NCBI GenBank assembly: GCA_003223415.1
Contig: QHUY01000015.1
Location: 109,819 to 173,818 of the forward strand
Origin: Gemmatimonadota bacterium
GTDB taxonomy: Bacteria > Gemmatimonadota > Gemmatimonadetes > Gemmatimonadales > GWC2-71-9
Reading direction: 5' to 3'
DNA length: 64,000 nucleotides
Shown here: piece by piece, positions 28,879 through 38,325 of the stretch
Numbering within the stretch: the first letter of the stretch is position 1
Layout of the letters: each line of letters begins with the position of its first letter
Notes under the pieces: model-generated
Seen by the model: the letters and a program-made list of their open reading frames with translations, nothing else
Told to the model about the DNA's origin: nothing
Database searches by the model: none
Translations under genes and position numbers: made by a program

Positions 28879-29906
28879 AGCGTTACCGCATCGCGGTGAT
28901 CGCGGGGGACGGGATCGGACCGGAAGTCGTCGAGGCCGCCATGCCGGTGCTGGACGCCGCCGCGCGGGCGCACGGCTTCACCCTCGACTGGGAGCGCCTC
29001 CCCTACTCTGCCGACCATTACCTGAAGACCAAGGAGACGCTTCCCGACCACGCGTTCCGCCACCTGCGGGACGACGTGGACGCGATCTTCCTCGGTGCGC
29101 TCGGCGACCCGCGCGTGCCGGGGAACGAGCACGCCCGCGACATTCTACTCGGGCTTCGCTTCCGACTCGACCTGTACGTCAACTTCCGGCCGGTGACGCT
29201 GCTGCATCCTGACCTCACCCCACTCCGCGCGGACCGGCCAGCGATTGACTTCGTAATCTTCCGCGAGAACACGGAGGGCATGTACCTCGGACGGGGGCGC
29301 GTCGAAGGCGATGAGCACATCGCCGAAGAGGTGCACACTGTGAAGGGAGTCTCCCGTATCATCCGCGCGGCGTTCGACTGGGCGCGGGCGCACGGCAAAA
29401 CCCTCGTCACCATGGGGGACAAGTCGAACGCCGTCCCTACCCACCATCTCTGGCAGCGGCTGTTCCGCGAGATCGCCGCCGACTACCCCGGGATCGAGGC
29501 CGAGCATCGCTACATCGACGCGCTGGCGATGGAGCTGGTCCGCAAGCCGGGGCGGTTTCAGGTGATTGTCACGAACAACCTGTATGGCGACATTCTCTCT
29601 GATCTCGGCGCCGCGCTCGTGGGCGGGCTGGGAATCGCTCCCAGCGCCAATCTACACCCCGGCCGCGCTGGTCTGTTCGAGCCGGTGCATGGCTCGGCGC
29701 CGCGTCACGCCGGCCGCGATGACGCGAATCCGATGGCGGCTATCCTCACCGGTGCCCTCATGTTCACAGAGCTCGGCGAGAAGGATGCGGCGCGGGACCT
29801 GGAACAGGCGGTGAAGGACGCCCTCGCCGCCGGTACGCGAACGCCGGACGTGGGCGGTAAGGCAACGACGCGCGAGGTGGCAGCGGCGGTTGCGGCCGCG
29901 CTTTGA
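28875..29906 (+). CDS. beta-decarboxylating dehydrogenase (3-isopropylmalate/tartrate dehydrogenase family)
   Basis: GTG start overlapping the upstream stop (GTGA). IAVIAGDGIGPEV, FRENTEG and NLYGDILSDL motifs. Confidence 0.8.
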   Translation: MKRYRIAVIAGDGIGPEVVEAAMPVLDAAARAHGFTLDWERLPYSADHYLKTKETLPDHAFRHLRDDVDAIFLGALGDPRVPGNEHARDILLGLRFRLDLYVNFRPVTLLHPDLTPLRADRPAIDFVIFRENTEGMYLGRGRVEGDEHIAEEVHTVKGVSRIIRAAFDWARAHGKTLVTMGDKSNAVPTHHLWQRLFREIAADYPGIEAEHRYIDALAMELVRKPGRFQVIVTNNLYGDILSDLGAALVGGLGIAPSANLHPGRAGLFEPVHGSAPRHAGRDDANPMAAILTGALMFTELGEKDAARDLEQAVKDALAAGTRTPDVGGKATTREVAAAVAAAL

Positions 29907-29992
29907 GCCACGGCTTCAGGTCGCGCCCTACCGCGGCCTCTGCCCCCCACCCATATTCCGCCCTCTCAGCACTGCACGCGGAGCTTTTCCCC

Positions 29993-31198
29993 ATGAAGAC
30001 CCAGGGTACCAATACAGACGTAGTCTTTCTCTCAGGGGTCCGCACCGGGTTCGGAACCTTCGGCGGCTCGCTCAAGGACCACTCGGCCATCGACCTCGGC
30101 GCCGTCGCAGCGAAGCACGCGCTCGAGCGCTCCGGCATACCCGCCGCCCACTTCGGCCACACCGTCTTCGGGAACGCGCTCCAGACCTCGGCCGACGCGA
30201 TCTACTGCGCCCGCCACGTCGGCCTCAAGGCCGGGCTGCCGATCGAAGTCCCCGCCGTCACCGTGAACCGGCTGTGCGGCTCCGGCTTCGAGGCGATCAC
30301 CCAAGGCGCCCAACTGATTCTGCTGGGCGAAGCCGACGCGGTGCTGGCGGGTGGCTGCGAGTCCATGAGCCAGGCGCCGCACGTGGTGCGCGGCGCCCGC
30401 TGGGGGCTGCGGCTCGGCCCCGCCGCCCCGCTCGAGGACCTCCTCTGGGAAGCGCTCCGGGACCCGCAATGCGGCTTGTCGATGGCGGAGACGGCCGAGA
30501 ACCTCGCCGAGCAGTACAAGCTGACCCGCGACGCAGTGGACGAGGTCGCCCTCGCGTCGCAGCGGCGGGCCAAGGAGGCCTGGGACGCCTGCGTCTTCCA
30601 GGATGAAGTGGTCCCGGTGCCGGTCAAAAAGAAGGGGCAGACCGTCGAGTTCCGCGCCGACGAGCACATGCGGCCGGAGACGACGCTGGAGGTATTGCTC
30701 GGCCTCAAGCCGTACTTCAAGAAGGACGGGCTGGTCACCGCAGGGAATGCGTCGGGGATCTGCGACGGCGGCGCGGCCACGGTGATCGCGAGCGAATCGT
30801 ACGCCAAGGCGCAGGGACGCCGGCCCTTGGGGCGACTCGTGGCCTGGGCCGTCGCCGGCGTCGAGCCCAAGTACATGGGCATCGGCCCGGCACCGGCGGC
30901 GCGCAAGGCGTTGGCGAAGGCGCAAATGAAGCTCGAGCAGATGGACCTCGTCGAGGTGAACGAGGCGTTCGCACCACAGTACCTGGCCGTGGAGAAGGAG
31001 CTCGGGCTCGACCGGAGCAGGACCAACGTGCACGGCGGCGCGATCGCCATCGGCCACCCGCTCGCGGCGACCGGTACCCGCATCACCATTCACCTGCTGC
31101 ACGCCCTGCGCCAGCAGCACAAGCGCTTCGGGCTCGGCTCCGCGTGCATCGGCGGCGGCCAGGGCGCGGCGGTCATCGTAGAAGCCTTCCCCGCCTAG
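29993..31198 (+). CDS. acetyl-CoA C-acetyltransferase (thiolase II)
   Basis: Start MKTQGTNTDVVFLSGVRTGFG. Motifs VNRLCGSG, NEAFA, NVHGGAIAIGHP and CIGGGQG. Confidence 0.9.
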   Translation: MKTQGTNTDVVFLSGVRTGFGTFGGSLKDHSAIDLGAVAAKHALERSGIPAAHFGHTVFGNALQTSADAIYCARHVGLKAGLPIEVPAVTVNRLCGSGFEAITQGAQLILLGEADAVLAGGCESMSQAPHVVRGARWGLRLGPAAPLEDLLWEALRDPQCGLSMAETAENLAEQYKLTRDAVDEVALASQRRAKEAWDACVFQDEVVPVPVKKKGQTVEFRADEHMRPETTLEVLLGLKPYFKKDGLVTAGNASGICDGGAATVIASESYAKAQGRRPLGRLVAWAVAGVEPKYMGIGPAPAARKALAKAQMKLEQMDLVEVNEAFAPQYLAVEKELGLDRSRTNVHGGAIAIGHPLAATGTRITIHLLHALRQQHKRFGLGSACIGGGQGAAVIVEAFPA

Positions 31199-31207
31199 GA
31201 GCTCCCC

Positions 31208-32041
31208 ATGGAAAATTTCCTGCTGCCCATCCTCCTCGGCGTCGGGTTTTATCTGTTCTCGGGGCTGCGCGTGCTGCGCGAGTACGAGCGCGCGGTCTAC
31301 TTCTTCCTGGGACGGTCCTGGGGAGCCAAGGGGCCCGGGCTCATCTACCTGCCGCCGCTGTTCGCCCGCATGCAGAAGGTCTCGCTGCGCGTGGTCGCGA
31401 TGGACATCCCACCCCAGGACGTGATCACCCGAGACAACATCTCGATCAAGGTGAACGCCGTCCTCTACATGCTGGTGAAGGATCCGGTGAAGGCGGTGAT
31501 CGGCGTCGAGAACTACCTCTACGCGACGAGCCAGCTGGCGCAGACGACGCTGCGCTCGGTGCTGGGCGAGACCGAGATGGACGAGCTGCTGATGAATCGC
31601 GAGAAGATCAACGCGATTCTGAAGAACATCATCGACACGCGCACCGAAGACTGGGGGATCACGGTCTCGGCGGTGGAGGTGAAAGACGTCGACCTGCCGC
31701 CCGAAATGAAGCGGGCCATGGCCCGGCAGGCCGAGGCGGAGCGCGAGCGGCGCGCCAAGGTGATCAACGCCGAGGGCGAGCTGCAGGCCTCCGAGAAGCT
31801 GGCCCAGGCCGCCCGCATCATCGGCTCCGAGCCGGCGGCCATCCAGCTGCGCTACCTGCAGACGGTGACGGAGATCGCCTCCGAAAAAAACTCGACCACG
31901 ATCTTCCCGATCCCCATCGACCTGTTCAAGGGGCTCCTCGACGCCATCAAGGGCGGCCGCGCGCCGGCCCTGCCCGCCAAAGCCTCCGGTGAATCGCTGC
32001 CCCCCGCTCAGCTGCCCAGCAAGGACCGGGTCCAAGCCTAG
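31208..32041 (+). CDS. SPFH/band 7 (stomatin-like) membrane protein
   Basis: N-terminal TM helix, then [15 protein letters not shown]...[20 protein letters not shown] and a coiled-coil [12 protein letters not shown]. Confidence 0.85.
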   Translation: MENFLLPILLGVGFYLFSGLRVLREYERAVYFFLGRSWGAKGPGLIYLPPLFARMQKVSLRVVAMDIPPQDVITRDNISIKVNAVLYMLVKDPVKAVIGVENYLYATSQLAQTTLRSVLGETEMDELLMNREKINAILKNIIDTRTEDWGITVSAVEVKDVDLPPEMKRAMARQAEAERERRAKVINAEGELQASEKLAQAARIIGSEPAAIQLRYLQTVTEIASEKNSTTIFPIPIDLFKGLLDAIKGGRAPALPAKASGESLPPAQLPSKDRVQA

Positions 32042-32043
32042 CG

Positions 32044-32862
32044 ATGCCCGGCGAGCTGATCAGCCGCGAGGCGCTCGACCGTATCCTCCAACGCGCCGCC
32101 GAGCTGCAGGCCGGTGAGCACGACGTTGGCGAGGGACTCACCGAGGCCGAGCTGCTGGCCCTCGGCACAGACGTCGGGATCCCGGCGCGCTACCTGCGCC
32201 AGGCACTGCTCGAGGAGCGCACCCGCACCGTGGCCGCGGTCCCCAAGGGCCTGTGGGCTTGGCTCGCCGGGCCCGCGCAGCTCGCGGCCGCCCGGGTCGT
32301 GCCCGGCGACCGGGTGGTCGTGGAACGGGCCCTGACGCGCTGGATGGAGGACGAGGAACTGCTGCAGGTGAAGCGCCGCTTCCCCGACAGCACCTCCTGG
32401 GAGCCCAAGCGCGGCGCCTTCGCCTCGATTCAGCGTGCGCTCGGTGCGGGCGGCAAGAGCTACGCGCTGGCGCATGCCGGTGAGGTCGCGGGGCAGGTCA
32501 CCCAGCTCGAGCCTGGGTTCTGCCACGTCCAACTCACGGCGGACAACCGCCGAGCGCGCAGCGTGCGCATCCAGGGAGCGGCGCTGCTCGGCAGCCTGGG
32601 CCTGGCCGCCGCCGGGGCCGCGCTCCCCCTCGGCTTCCTGATGCCGTGGGCCCTGCTGCCGCTGCCGATCCTCGCGGCCGCGGCCGCGACGCTGCTGCGC
32701 CGGCACCGGCCCGAAAACGAGAGGGTCCAGGTCGCGCTCGAGCAGGTGCTTGATCGGCTGGAACACGGGGAGATCCGCCCGGAGCACGCGCTCCCGGGGG
32801 GGGGCCCGCGGGCCAGCGCCTTCGTCCGTATCGCCGAGGAGCTGCGGAAGACCTTTCAGTGA
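32044..32862 (+). CDS. hypothetical membrane protein (soluble N-terminal domain plus 2 C-proximal TM helices)
   Basis: Starts 2 nt after the SPFH stop. Hydrophobic stretch GAALLGSLGLAAAGAALPLGFLMPWALLPLPILAAAAA. No recognised family. Confidence 0.5.
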   Translation: MPGELISREALDRILQRAAELQAGEHDVGEGLTEAELLALGTDVGIPARYLRQALLEERTRTVAAVPKGLWAWLAGPAQLAAARVVPGDRVVVERALTRWMEDEELLQVKRRFPDSTSWEPKRGAFASIQRALGAGGKSYALAHAGEVAGQVTQLEPGFCHVQLTADNRRARSVRIQGAALLGSLGLAAAGAALPLGFLMPWALLPLPILAAAAATLLRRHRPENERVQVALEQVLDRLEHGEIRPEHALPGGGPRASAFVRIAEELRKTFQ

Positions 32863-32915
32863 CCTTGAGACACCCGGGGCAGCGCCCCGGGGTCAGCCGA
32901 TCCGATGGGAGAGCC

Positions 32916-33803
32916 ATGAGCGAGGTCAAGAAGGTTGGGGTGCTGGGGTGTGGCCTGATGGGCAGCGGGATCGCCCAGGTGACAGCAACCGCCGGCTACG
33001 CGACGATCGTCCGCGAGGTGTCGAGCGAGATCATCCAGAAGGGCAAGGCAGGCATCGAGAAGTCCCTCGCCAGGTTCGTCGAGAAGGGGAAGCTGGCGAC
33101 CGACGCCCGTAATGCGACGCTGCAGCGCCTCACCTTCACGACGAACACCGCCGATCTCAAGGGTTGCGACATCGTGATCGAAGCGGTCACCGAAGACCTG
33201 GACCTGAAGAATGCCTTGTGGAAGGAGCTGGACGCCCTCTGCGGGCCCGCAACGATCTTCGCGTCCAACACCTCGAGCCTGACGATTGCGGCCATGGCCG
33301 CCGCCACTCGACGCGCCGACCGGTTCGTGGGACTGCACTTCTTCAACCCCGTACCCCTGATGCCGCTGGTCGAGGTGGTCCGGACGGTCACGACCGCAGA
33401 GGAGACCTTCAAGCGGGCGTACGCCTTCGCGACGTCCCTGGGCAAGGAGGCCGTCGCCGCCAAAGATACTTCGGGGTTCATCGTGAACCGGCTGCTCGTG
33501 CCGTACCTACTGGACGCCATCCGGGCGCTGGAGCAGGGCGTCGGCTCGGTGCCCGACATCGACAAGGCGATGCAGCTGGGGTGCGGCCATCCGATGGGAC
33601 CGCTCACGTTGCTCGATTTCGTGGGGCTCGACACGACCTACAAGATCGCCGAGATCATGTTCGCCGAGTACCGAGAGGTGAAGTACGCCCCCCCGCCGCT
33701 GCTCAAGCGGATGGTGCTGGCCGGCATGTACGGAAAGAAGAGCGGCAAGGGGTTCTACGATTACGCGGTGAATCCGCCGACCGTCTCGAGTCTCGGGCTG
33801 TAA
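32916..33803 (+). CDS. hbd: 3-hydroxybutyryl-CoA dehydrogenase
   Basis: Start MSEVKKVGVLGCGLMGSGIAQV (Rossmann fold). HFFNPVPLMPLVEV and GFIVNRLL motifs. Confidence 0.9.
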   Translation: MSEVKKVGVLGCGLMGSGIAQVTATAGYATIVREVSSEIIQKGKAGIEKSLARFVEKGKLATDARNATLQRLTFTTNTADLKGCDIVIEAVTEDLDLKNALWKELDALCGPATIFASNTSSLTIAAMAAATRRADRFVGLHFFNPVPLMPLVEVVRTVTTAEETFKRAYAFATSLGKEAVAAKDTSGFIVNRLLVPYLLDAIRALEQGVGSVPDIDKAMQLGCGHPMGPLTLLDFVGLDTTYKIAEIMFAEYREVKYAPPPLLKRMVLAGMYGKKSGKGFYDYAVNPPTVSSLGL

Positions 33804-33828
33804 GACCTCCACGAACACGGGAGACCGG

Positions 33829-34416
33829 ATGCACATTTTTGGCTACGACATGCCCCGCCTTCACGCCGCCCTGAACGACCTGCCGGCCGCCTTGCTCGTC
33901 GTCGCCGTCCTGTTCGAGCTCGCCGCCTGGGCGTGGAAGCGCGAATCGCTCAAGTGGGCGGCGCTGTGGACGCTGTGGGCCGGCGTGATCGGCGGCTGGG
34001 CGGCCGTGATCGCGGGTGAGCTGGCCGAGGACGCGATCGCGAACGACCACGGCGAAGCGATCCACGAGCTGATGGAGACCCACGAAACGCTGGCGCTCTT
34101 CACGATGGGCGTCTTCACGGTCGTGTTGGGCTGGAAGCTGTGGCGGCGCTTCCGCGTCTCCCCCGCCGAGGAGTGGGTGCTGCGGATCCTGTCCGTCGCG
34201 GGCCTGGTGCTGATCATCGCGACTGGGGTGTATGGCGGAAAGCTGATGTTCGAGCACGCCGCGGGTATCCCGACGAAGACGATGCAGGCGGAGATGCAGG
34301 ACCGGGAAAAAGCCCATCACCACGAGGAGGGTGAGGCCGAAGAGCACGAACACCCAAGCGCCGGGACGGATACGACTCATCATGATGCGTCCGGGACATC
34401 GTCGCACACGCACTGA
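33829..34416 (+). CDS. DUF2231-like membrane protein with a His-rich C-terminal tail
   Basis: Four predicted TM helices (LPAALLVVAVLFELAAW...). Tail KAHHHEEGEAEEHEHP...THHD..SSHTH. Confidence 0.6.
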   Translation: MHIFGYDMPRLHAALNDLPAALLVVAVLFELAAWAWKRESLKWAALWTLWAGVIGGWAAVIAGELAEDAIANDHGEAIHELMETHETLALFTMGVFTVVLGWKLWRRFRVSPAEEWVLRILSVAGLVLIIATGVYGGKLMFEHAAGIPTKTMQAEMQDREKAHHHEEGEAEEHEHPSAGTDTTHHDASGTSSHTH

Positions 34417-34422
34417 GGGGGA

Positions 34423-34509
34423 GCAATTGCGGATCGCGGATTGCGGATTGCGGAATGGACGCGTCAGCCTTCCATTCCGCATTCCGCATTCCGCATTCCG
34501 CATTGTGCT
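34423..34509. repeat. large imperfect hairpin built from tandem heptamers (GCGGATT x4 / ATTCCGC x4-5)
   Basis: Left arm gcaattgcggatcgcggattgcggattgcggaatgga, 11 nt loop, right arm tccattccgcattccgcattccgcattccgcattgtgc. Starts 7 nt after the DUF2231 stop. Confidence 0.85.
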
Positions 34510-34948
34510 CCTCGTCGCCGCCTGCTCTCCCGTCAGCCTGCGTCCGCCTTTTCAGCCGTTCCCCGAAGCGCCCGCGGTGGTGCTGGACGCGCCGCCGCTG
34601 CGCGTGCTGGGGGAAGTGCAGTCGTGGTTGACGGACCAAGGGCTTCACCTGGAGCGGGCCAGCGTGGAGGATCGCTTCGTCGAGACTGCCTGGTACGACA
34701 CGCGCACCAAGCGCTCCGTGGGCGGCCGGGGGGACGGGCTGGACCCGCGCAGCACGGTCAAGATCCGCTGCTGGATCGATCCCGACGCGCCCGGGAAATC
34801 GAAGCTGACCGTGGAGGCCGTGGTCCGGCCGCTACTGGACCCATCACGCGTGGAGCGGGACCTGGAGGCGATCGCGCCGAGCGACCACGAGGGGCGGAAG
34901 CTGGTGGACCGGCTGCTGGACGCGGTAAAGAAGAAGCTCGGGACCTAA
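34505..34948 (+). CDS. hypothetical lipoprotein
   Basis: Lipobox LLVAAC immediately after a GTG at 34505. The start is uncertain: the track ORF begins at 34331, but the region upstream of 34505 is the repeat hairpin. No recognised family. Confidence 0.45.
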   Translation: MLLVAACSPVSLRPPFQPFPEAPAVVLDAPPLRVLGEVQSWLTDQGLHLERASVEDRFVETAWYDTRTKRSVGGRGDGLDPRSTVKIRCWIDPDAPGKSKLTVEAVVRPLLDPSRVERDLEAIAPSDHEGRKLVDRLLDAVKKKLGT

Positions 34949-35751
34949 GCCCCGACGAGGCCCTTCACCCAGCTCTCCATCGTCGCGAGATCGAGCACCG
35001 CGTCTCGGCAGGGGCCGTTGGGAAGCTGCATCGTGAGGCCGAGCACGGGGAGCTTGCCCGCCACGTCGCGCAAACCGGTCAGCATGTCCCGCTCGCACGC
35101 CACCGCCACCACGGCTCGCGGCCGGCGCTCGCGGATCACGCGCCGCGCGAGCTGGCCGCGCGTCGCGACGAACACCGGGACTTCGTACCGCCCCGCGATC
35201 GCCAGCACGCCGTCCAGCGCGCCCTTCGAGAGGCAGCGCGGGATCAGCACCAGCAGCTCGCCTTTGCCGACGGTCCGACCCCGGCGCACCGCCAGCGTGT
35301 TGTAGACGTCGATAGCGGCGTGCTCGACCCAGTCGCGCCGGCCGAGCCAGCGCGCCACGCGGGAGGTGACATTCATCATTCGCAAGTAGGGGCCGCGTTC
35401 CAGCAAGGCTTCCGGAAGCAGCGACACCCCACCGTAAAAGGACGCGAGCAGGATCGCGAACCAGAGGACGGCCGCCCCGCAACATCCTGCGAGGATCCAG
35501 CCGAGTGCGGCAGGGAGCGGCGCCCACAGCGCGCCGAGGCGCGGCGCGAGCAGAAACAGAAGCCCGGTGGCGGCGGCGCCCACCACCAGCAGCGTGAGTG
35601 CGCTGTACGCGAAGAACAGCCGCGGTGGCGCAGCGTAGTCGCCGTTGTTCGGCAGCGGCTTGCCGTCCCACTCGTCCCACTCATGGCCGAGGCGGCGATC
35701 GGTCTCGATGTGGATGAGCTGGGGACGCTGGACCGGGGCGGATGTGGCCAT
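34945..35751 (-). CDS. DUF116-like membrane protein
   Basis: Two or three N-terminal TM helices, then a Cys-containing domain (LIPRCLSKG...VAVACERDMLTG...NGPCRD) that resembles DUF116. Tentative. Confidence 0.5.
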   Translation of the reverse strand: MATSAPVQRPQLIHIETDRRLGHEWDEWDGKPLPNNGDYAAPPRLFFAYSALTLLVVGAAATGLLFLLAPRLGALWAPLPAALGWILAGCCGAAVLWFAILLASFYGGVSLLPEALLERGPYLRMMNVTSRVARWLGRRDWVEHAAIDVYNTLAVRRGRTVGKGELLVLIPRCLSKGALDGVLAIAGRYEVPVFVATRGQLARRVIRERRPRAVVAVACERDMLTGLRDVAGKLPVLGLTMQLPNGPCRDAVLDLATMESWVKGLVGA

Positions 35752-35800
35752 GTGGACGAGGAAGCTTCACGCCGCGCTCCGGCCGTGTCAAGTTAGCAGC

Positions 35801-37375
35801 GTGTCCGCCACGCCACCGCTGCTGACCGACGGCCGCAGCCGCGCCGCCTACGCCGAAGGCGCCGGGATCTACCGCATCGTCCCGCTCGCGGTCGCGATCC
35901 CCAAGACCGTCCCAGACGTCCAGCACCTCATGCGCTGGGCCGCCGTCACCGGCACAGCGCTCGTCCCCCGCGGCGCGGGGAGCGGCATGCCCGGCGGGAG
36001 CGTGGGCCACGGCGTGATCGTGGACCTAAGTCACGGGTTCGGCGATGTCCTCGTGGACCCCGACCGGCGCACCGCCCGAGCCGGGGCCGCGGTCACCTGG
36101 GCGCAGCTTACCGAGGCGGCCCGCTCCTTCGGGCTGCGGTTGCCGCCTGATCCGTCCTCCGGGGCGTTCGCGACCTGCGGCGGCATGGTAGCCACCAACG
36201 CCGCGGGCCCGCGCTCGCTCCGCTACGGCAGCGTGCGGCGCTGGGTGGAAGCCGTGGAGATCGTGGGCACGGACGGGGAGGTTCGGACGGTCAGGCGGGG
36301 AGGGGGGAGCGGGGAGCGGTTTTCACTGACGGCTGACGGCCGACGGCTGATCGCTGAGCGTTTCCCGCGCACCCGGAAGAACTCGAGTGGCTACGCCCTC
36401 GATGCGTTCACGGCATCGGGCGAGGAGCTGGATCTGGTGATCGGCTCCGAGGGCACGCTCGCCATCGTCACCGCGGTGCATTGGCGGCTCGATCCCATTC
36501 CCACCAACGCGGCGGGTGCCGCCCTCGGCTTCCGCGACCTCACCGCGCTCGGGGAAGCCGTGCCACACCTGGCCGCCTTCAACCCGTCGGCCGTGGAGCT
36601 GCTCGACAATACGCTGCTCTCCTTTGTCGAGGATGCCGTTCCCGGAGACCTCGCCGGCCTGCTCCTGGTCGAGTTCGAGCGGAAGACCGACCGCGCGACC
36701 CGCGGCGTGGTAAGGGACGCGGTGCGCGCCCTCAAGCACCTGACGGCCCACGTAGACATGGCGGTGGACCGCGCCGGCCTGGAGCAGCTGTGGGCGGTGC
36801 GCCGGCTGGCCAGCCCCGCCCTGGCACGCCTGCCCGAGACGCGGCGATCCTTGCAGGTGGTGGAGGATGGCTGCGTGCCGCCGGAGCGCCTGGCGGACTA
36901 CGTCGCGGGCCTGCGCACGGCGGCCGAGCGGCGGGGCGTGCCCGTCGCCATCTTCGGCCACGCGGGCGACGGGCACGTGCACGTGAACGCCCTGCCCGAC
37001 ACGACACGCGCGGGGTGGCGTGAGGCGCTGGAGGGGCTGCTGGGTGACGTGACCGACCTGTTGGTGCGGCTCGCCGGGACGCCGAGCGGGGAGCATGGTG
37101 ACGGGCGGCTGCGCGCCGGCCTGCTGGAGCGGTTCTACGGGCCGGCGTTGCTCGCGCTGTTCCGCGACGTGAAGCGCGCCTACGACCCGCGCGGCGTCCT
37201 CAACCCCGGTGTTATACTTCCCGCGGCCGATTGGGCGCCGCTCGCCGAGCTGAAGGTGGGCCCCGACGCCGCCCCCATTCCCGACGACATCGCCGCCCGC
37301 CTGCGCGAGCTGGAGCGCGCCGCGGCCTGGGGCACGCCGAAGTTGGAGCTGGCTCGCGCGGCCCCGAGTCCCTAG
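35801..37375 (+). CDS. FAD-binding oxidoreductase (GlcD/D-lactate dehydrogenase-like)
   Basis: Start at GTG 35801 (alternative ATG at 35750). ALVPRGAGSGMPGGSVG (FAD_binding_4) and FGHAGDGHVHVN (FAD-oxidase C-terminal domain). Confidence 0.8.
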   Translation: MSATPPLLTDGRSRAAYAEGAGIYRIVPLAVAIPKTVPDVQHLMRWAAVTGTALVPRGAGSGMPGGSVGHGVIVDLSHGFGDVLVDPDRRTARAGAAVTWAQLTEAARSFGLRLPPDPSSGAFATCGGMVATNAAGPRSLRYGSVRRWVEAVEIVGTDGEVRTVRRGGGSGERFSLTADGRRLIAERFPRTRKNSSGYALDAFTASGEELDLVIGSEGTLAIVTAVHWRLDPIPTNAAGAALGFRDLTALGEAVPHLAAFNPSAVELLDNTLLSFVEDAVPGDLAGLLLVEFERKTDRATRGVVRDAVRALKHLTAHVDMAVDRAGLEQLWAVRRLASPALARLPETRRSLQVVEDGCVPPERLADYVAGLRTAAERRGVPVAIFGHAGDGHVHVNALPDTTRAGWREALEGLLGDVTDLLVRLAGTPSGEHGDGRLRAGLLERFYGPALLALFRDVKRAYDPRGVLNPGVILPAADWAPLAELKVGPDAAPIPDDIAARLRELERAAAWGTPKLELARAAPSP

Positions 37376-37400
37376 CCCCGAACCCCGAGCCCCTGCGCTC

Positions 37401-38153
37401 ATGGACATCTTCCGCGAACCCCGCGTCACGCTCATCGCCCGACCGCAGTTCCTTGAGCCCGCGCACTTGCCGGTGCAGTGGCTGGGCGAGGGCTCCGACG
37501 GCGAGCGGCTCGCCGAGTACGCCGGCCGGCTGTGCTACATGAGCCAGCGCAACCCGATCCACCGCACGACGGCCGAGTACCTCGAGAACATCAAGAAGCA
37601 GGGCCACGGCTCGGTGCTGGAGCACTCCGTCTACGTGCTGCTGATCGAGGGGATCTCGCGCTCGTGCTCACACGAGCTGGTGCGGCACCGCGCGGGGTTC
37701 GGCTACTCCCAGATCTCGCAGCGCTACGTGGATGAATCGCACGCGGCGTTCGTGGTGCCGCCGGCGATTCTCGGCGACCCGGCGCTCGAGTCCGACTGGG
37801 AGCGCCAGGTAGCCGCCGCGCAGGCCGCCTACGTGCGCGCCGTGGAAGGCTTGATGGAGCGTTACGCCTGGATCGCCGACAAGGTGCACCGGCGCAAGCT
37901 GGCGCGCGAAGCGGCGCGCAGCGTGCTCCCCAACGCGACCGAGGTGAAGATCGTCGTCTCCGGCAACGCGCGCGCGTGGCGCACGATGCTCGAGCTGCGT
38001 TGCGGCGAGGGCGCGGAACTCGAGATCCGACGCATGGCCATCGCGGGGCTCCGTGTGCTGCAGCGCGAGGCGTCCGCGCTCTTCTCCGACTTCGAGATCT
38101 ACGTCGCCGACGACAAACTGGACGCCGCGCGCGTGACGTATCACAAAGTGTAG
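37401..38153 (+). CDS. thyX: FAD-dependent thymidylate synthase
   Basis: ThyX signature HELVRHRAGFGYSQISQRY, 250 aa. Confidence 0.9.
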   Translation: MDIFREPRVTLIARPQFLEPAHLPVQWLGEGSDGERLAEYAGRLCYMSQRNPIHRTTAEYLENIKKQGHGSVLEHSVYVLLIEGISRSCSHELVRHRAGFGYSQISQRYVDESHAAFVVPPAILGDPALESDWERQVAAAQAAYVRAVEGLMERYAWIADKVHRRKLAREAARSVLPNATEVKIVVSGNARAWRTMLELRCGEGAELEIRRMAIAGLRVLQREASALFSDFEIYVADDKLDAARVTYHKV

Positions 38154-38230
38154 CGTTGTCCGTTATCCGTTATCCGTTGTCCGTCACGGAAAGTGTTGTC
38201 GGATGACGGACGACGGAAAACGGAAAACGC
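38153..38230. repeat. large imperfect hairpin built from tandem TCCGTTA-type heptamers
   Basis: Left arm gcgttgtccgttatccgttatccgttgtccgtca, approx. 17 nt loop, right arm tgacggacgacggaaaacggaaaacgc. Starts at the thyX stop codon. Confidence 0.8.
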
Positions 38231-38240
38231 CTTTTCCCTA

Positions 38241-38269
38241 TTGCGTATTCATCTTGAATCTCATATTCT
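38241..38269 (+). promoter_or_regulatory. candidate sigma70-type promoter for the ATP-grasp/GNAT/KamA unit
   Basis: TTGCGT (38241-46), 17 nt spacer, TATTCT (38264-69), within the only AT-rich stretch of this intergenic region. Confidence 0.3.
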
Positions 38270-38297
38270 GATACCGGACAACACGTTGACGCTGGAC

Positions 38298-38325
38298 GGA
38301 CCGCCACGCAGAGCGGCCTTTTTTT
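38298..38325 (+). terminator. terminator-like GC hairpin plus T7 tract in the putative leader (possible attenuator)
   Basis: gg(a)ccgc-cacgcaga-gcggcc followed by ttttttt (38319-25), then AGGAGG (38328-33), with the ATG at 38349. Confidence 0.35.

Noticed and set aside
34423-34509. Tandem short repeats, considered as a possible CRISPR array.
   Set aside because: The units are 7-8 nt and directly adjacent, with no spacers. They are arranged as inverted arms of a hairpin, and there are no cas genes in the window.
36326-36350. ctgacggctgacggccgacggctga tandem heptamers inside the FAD oxidoreductase gene, considered as an inserted repeat element.
   Set aside because: The reading frame is maintained (..SLTADGRRLIAE..) and there is no inverted partner. 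This is most simply a coding-sequence coincidence or an ancient in-frame slippage.
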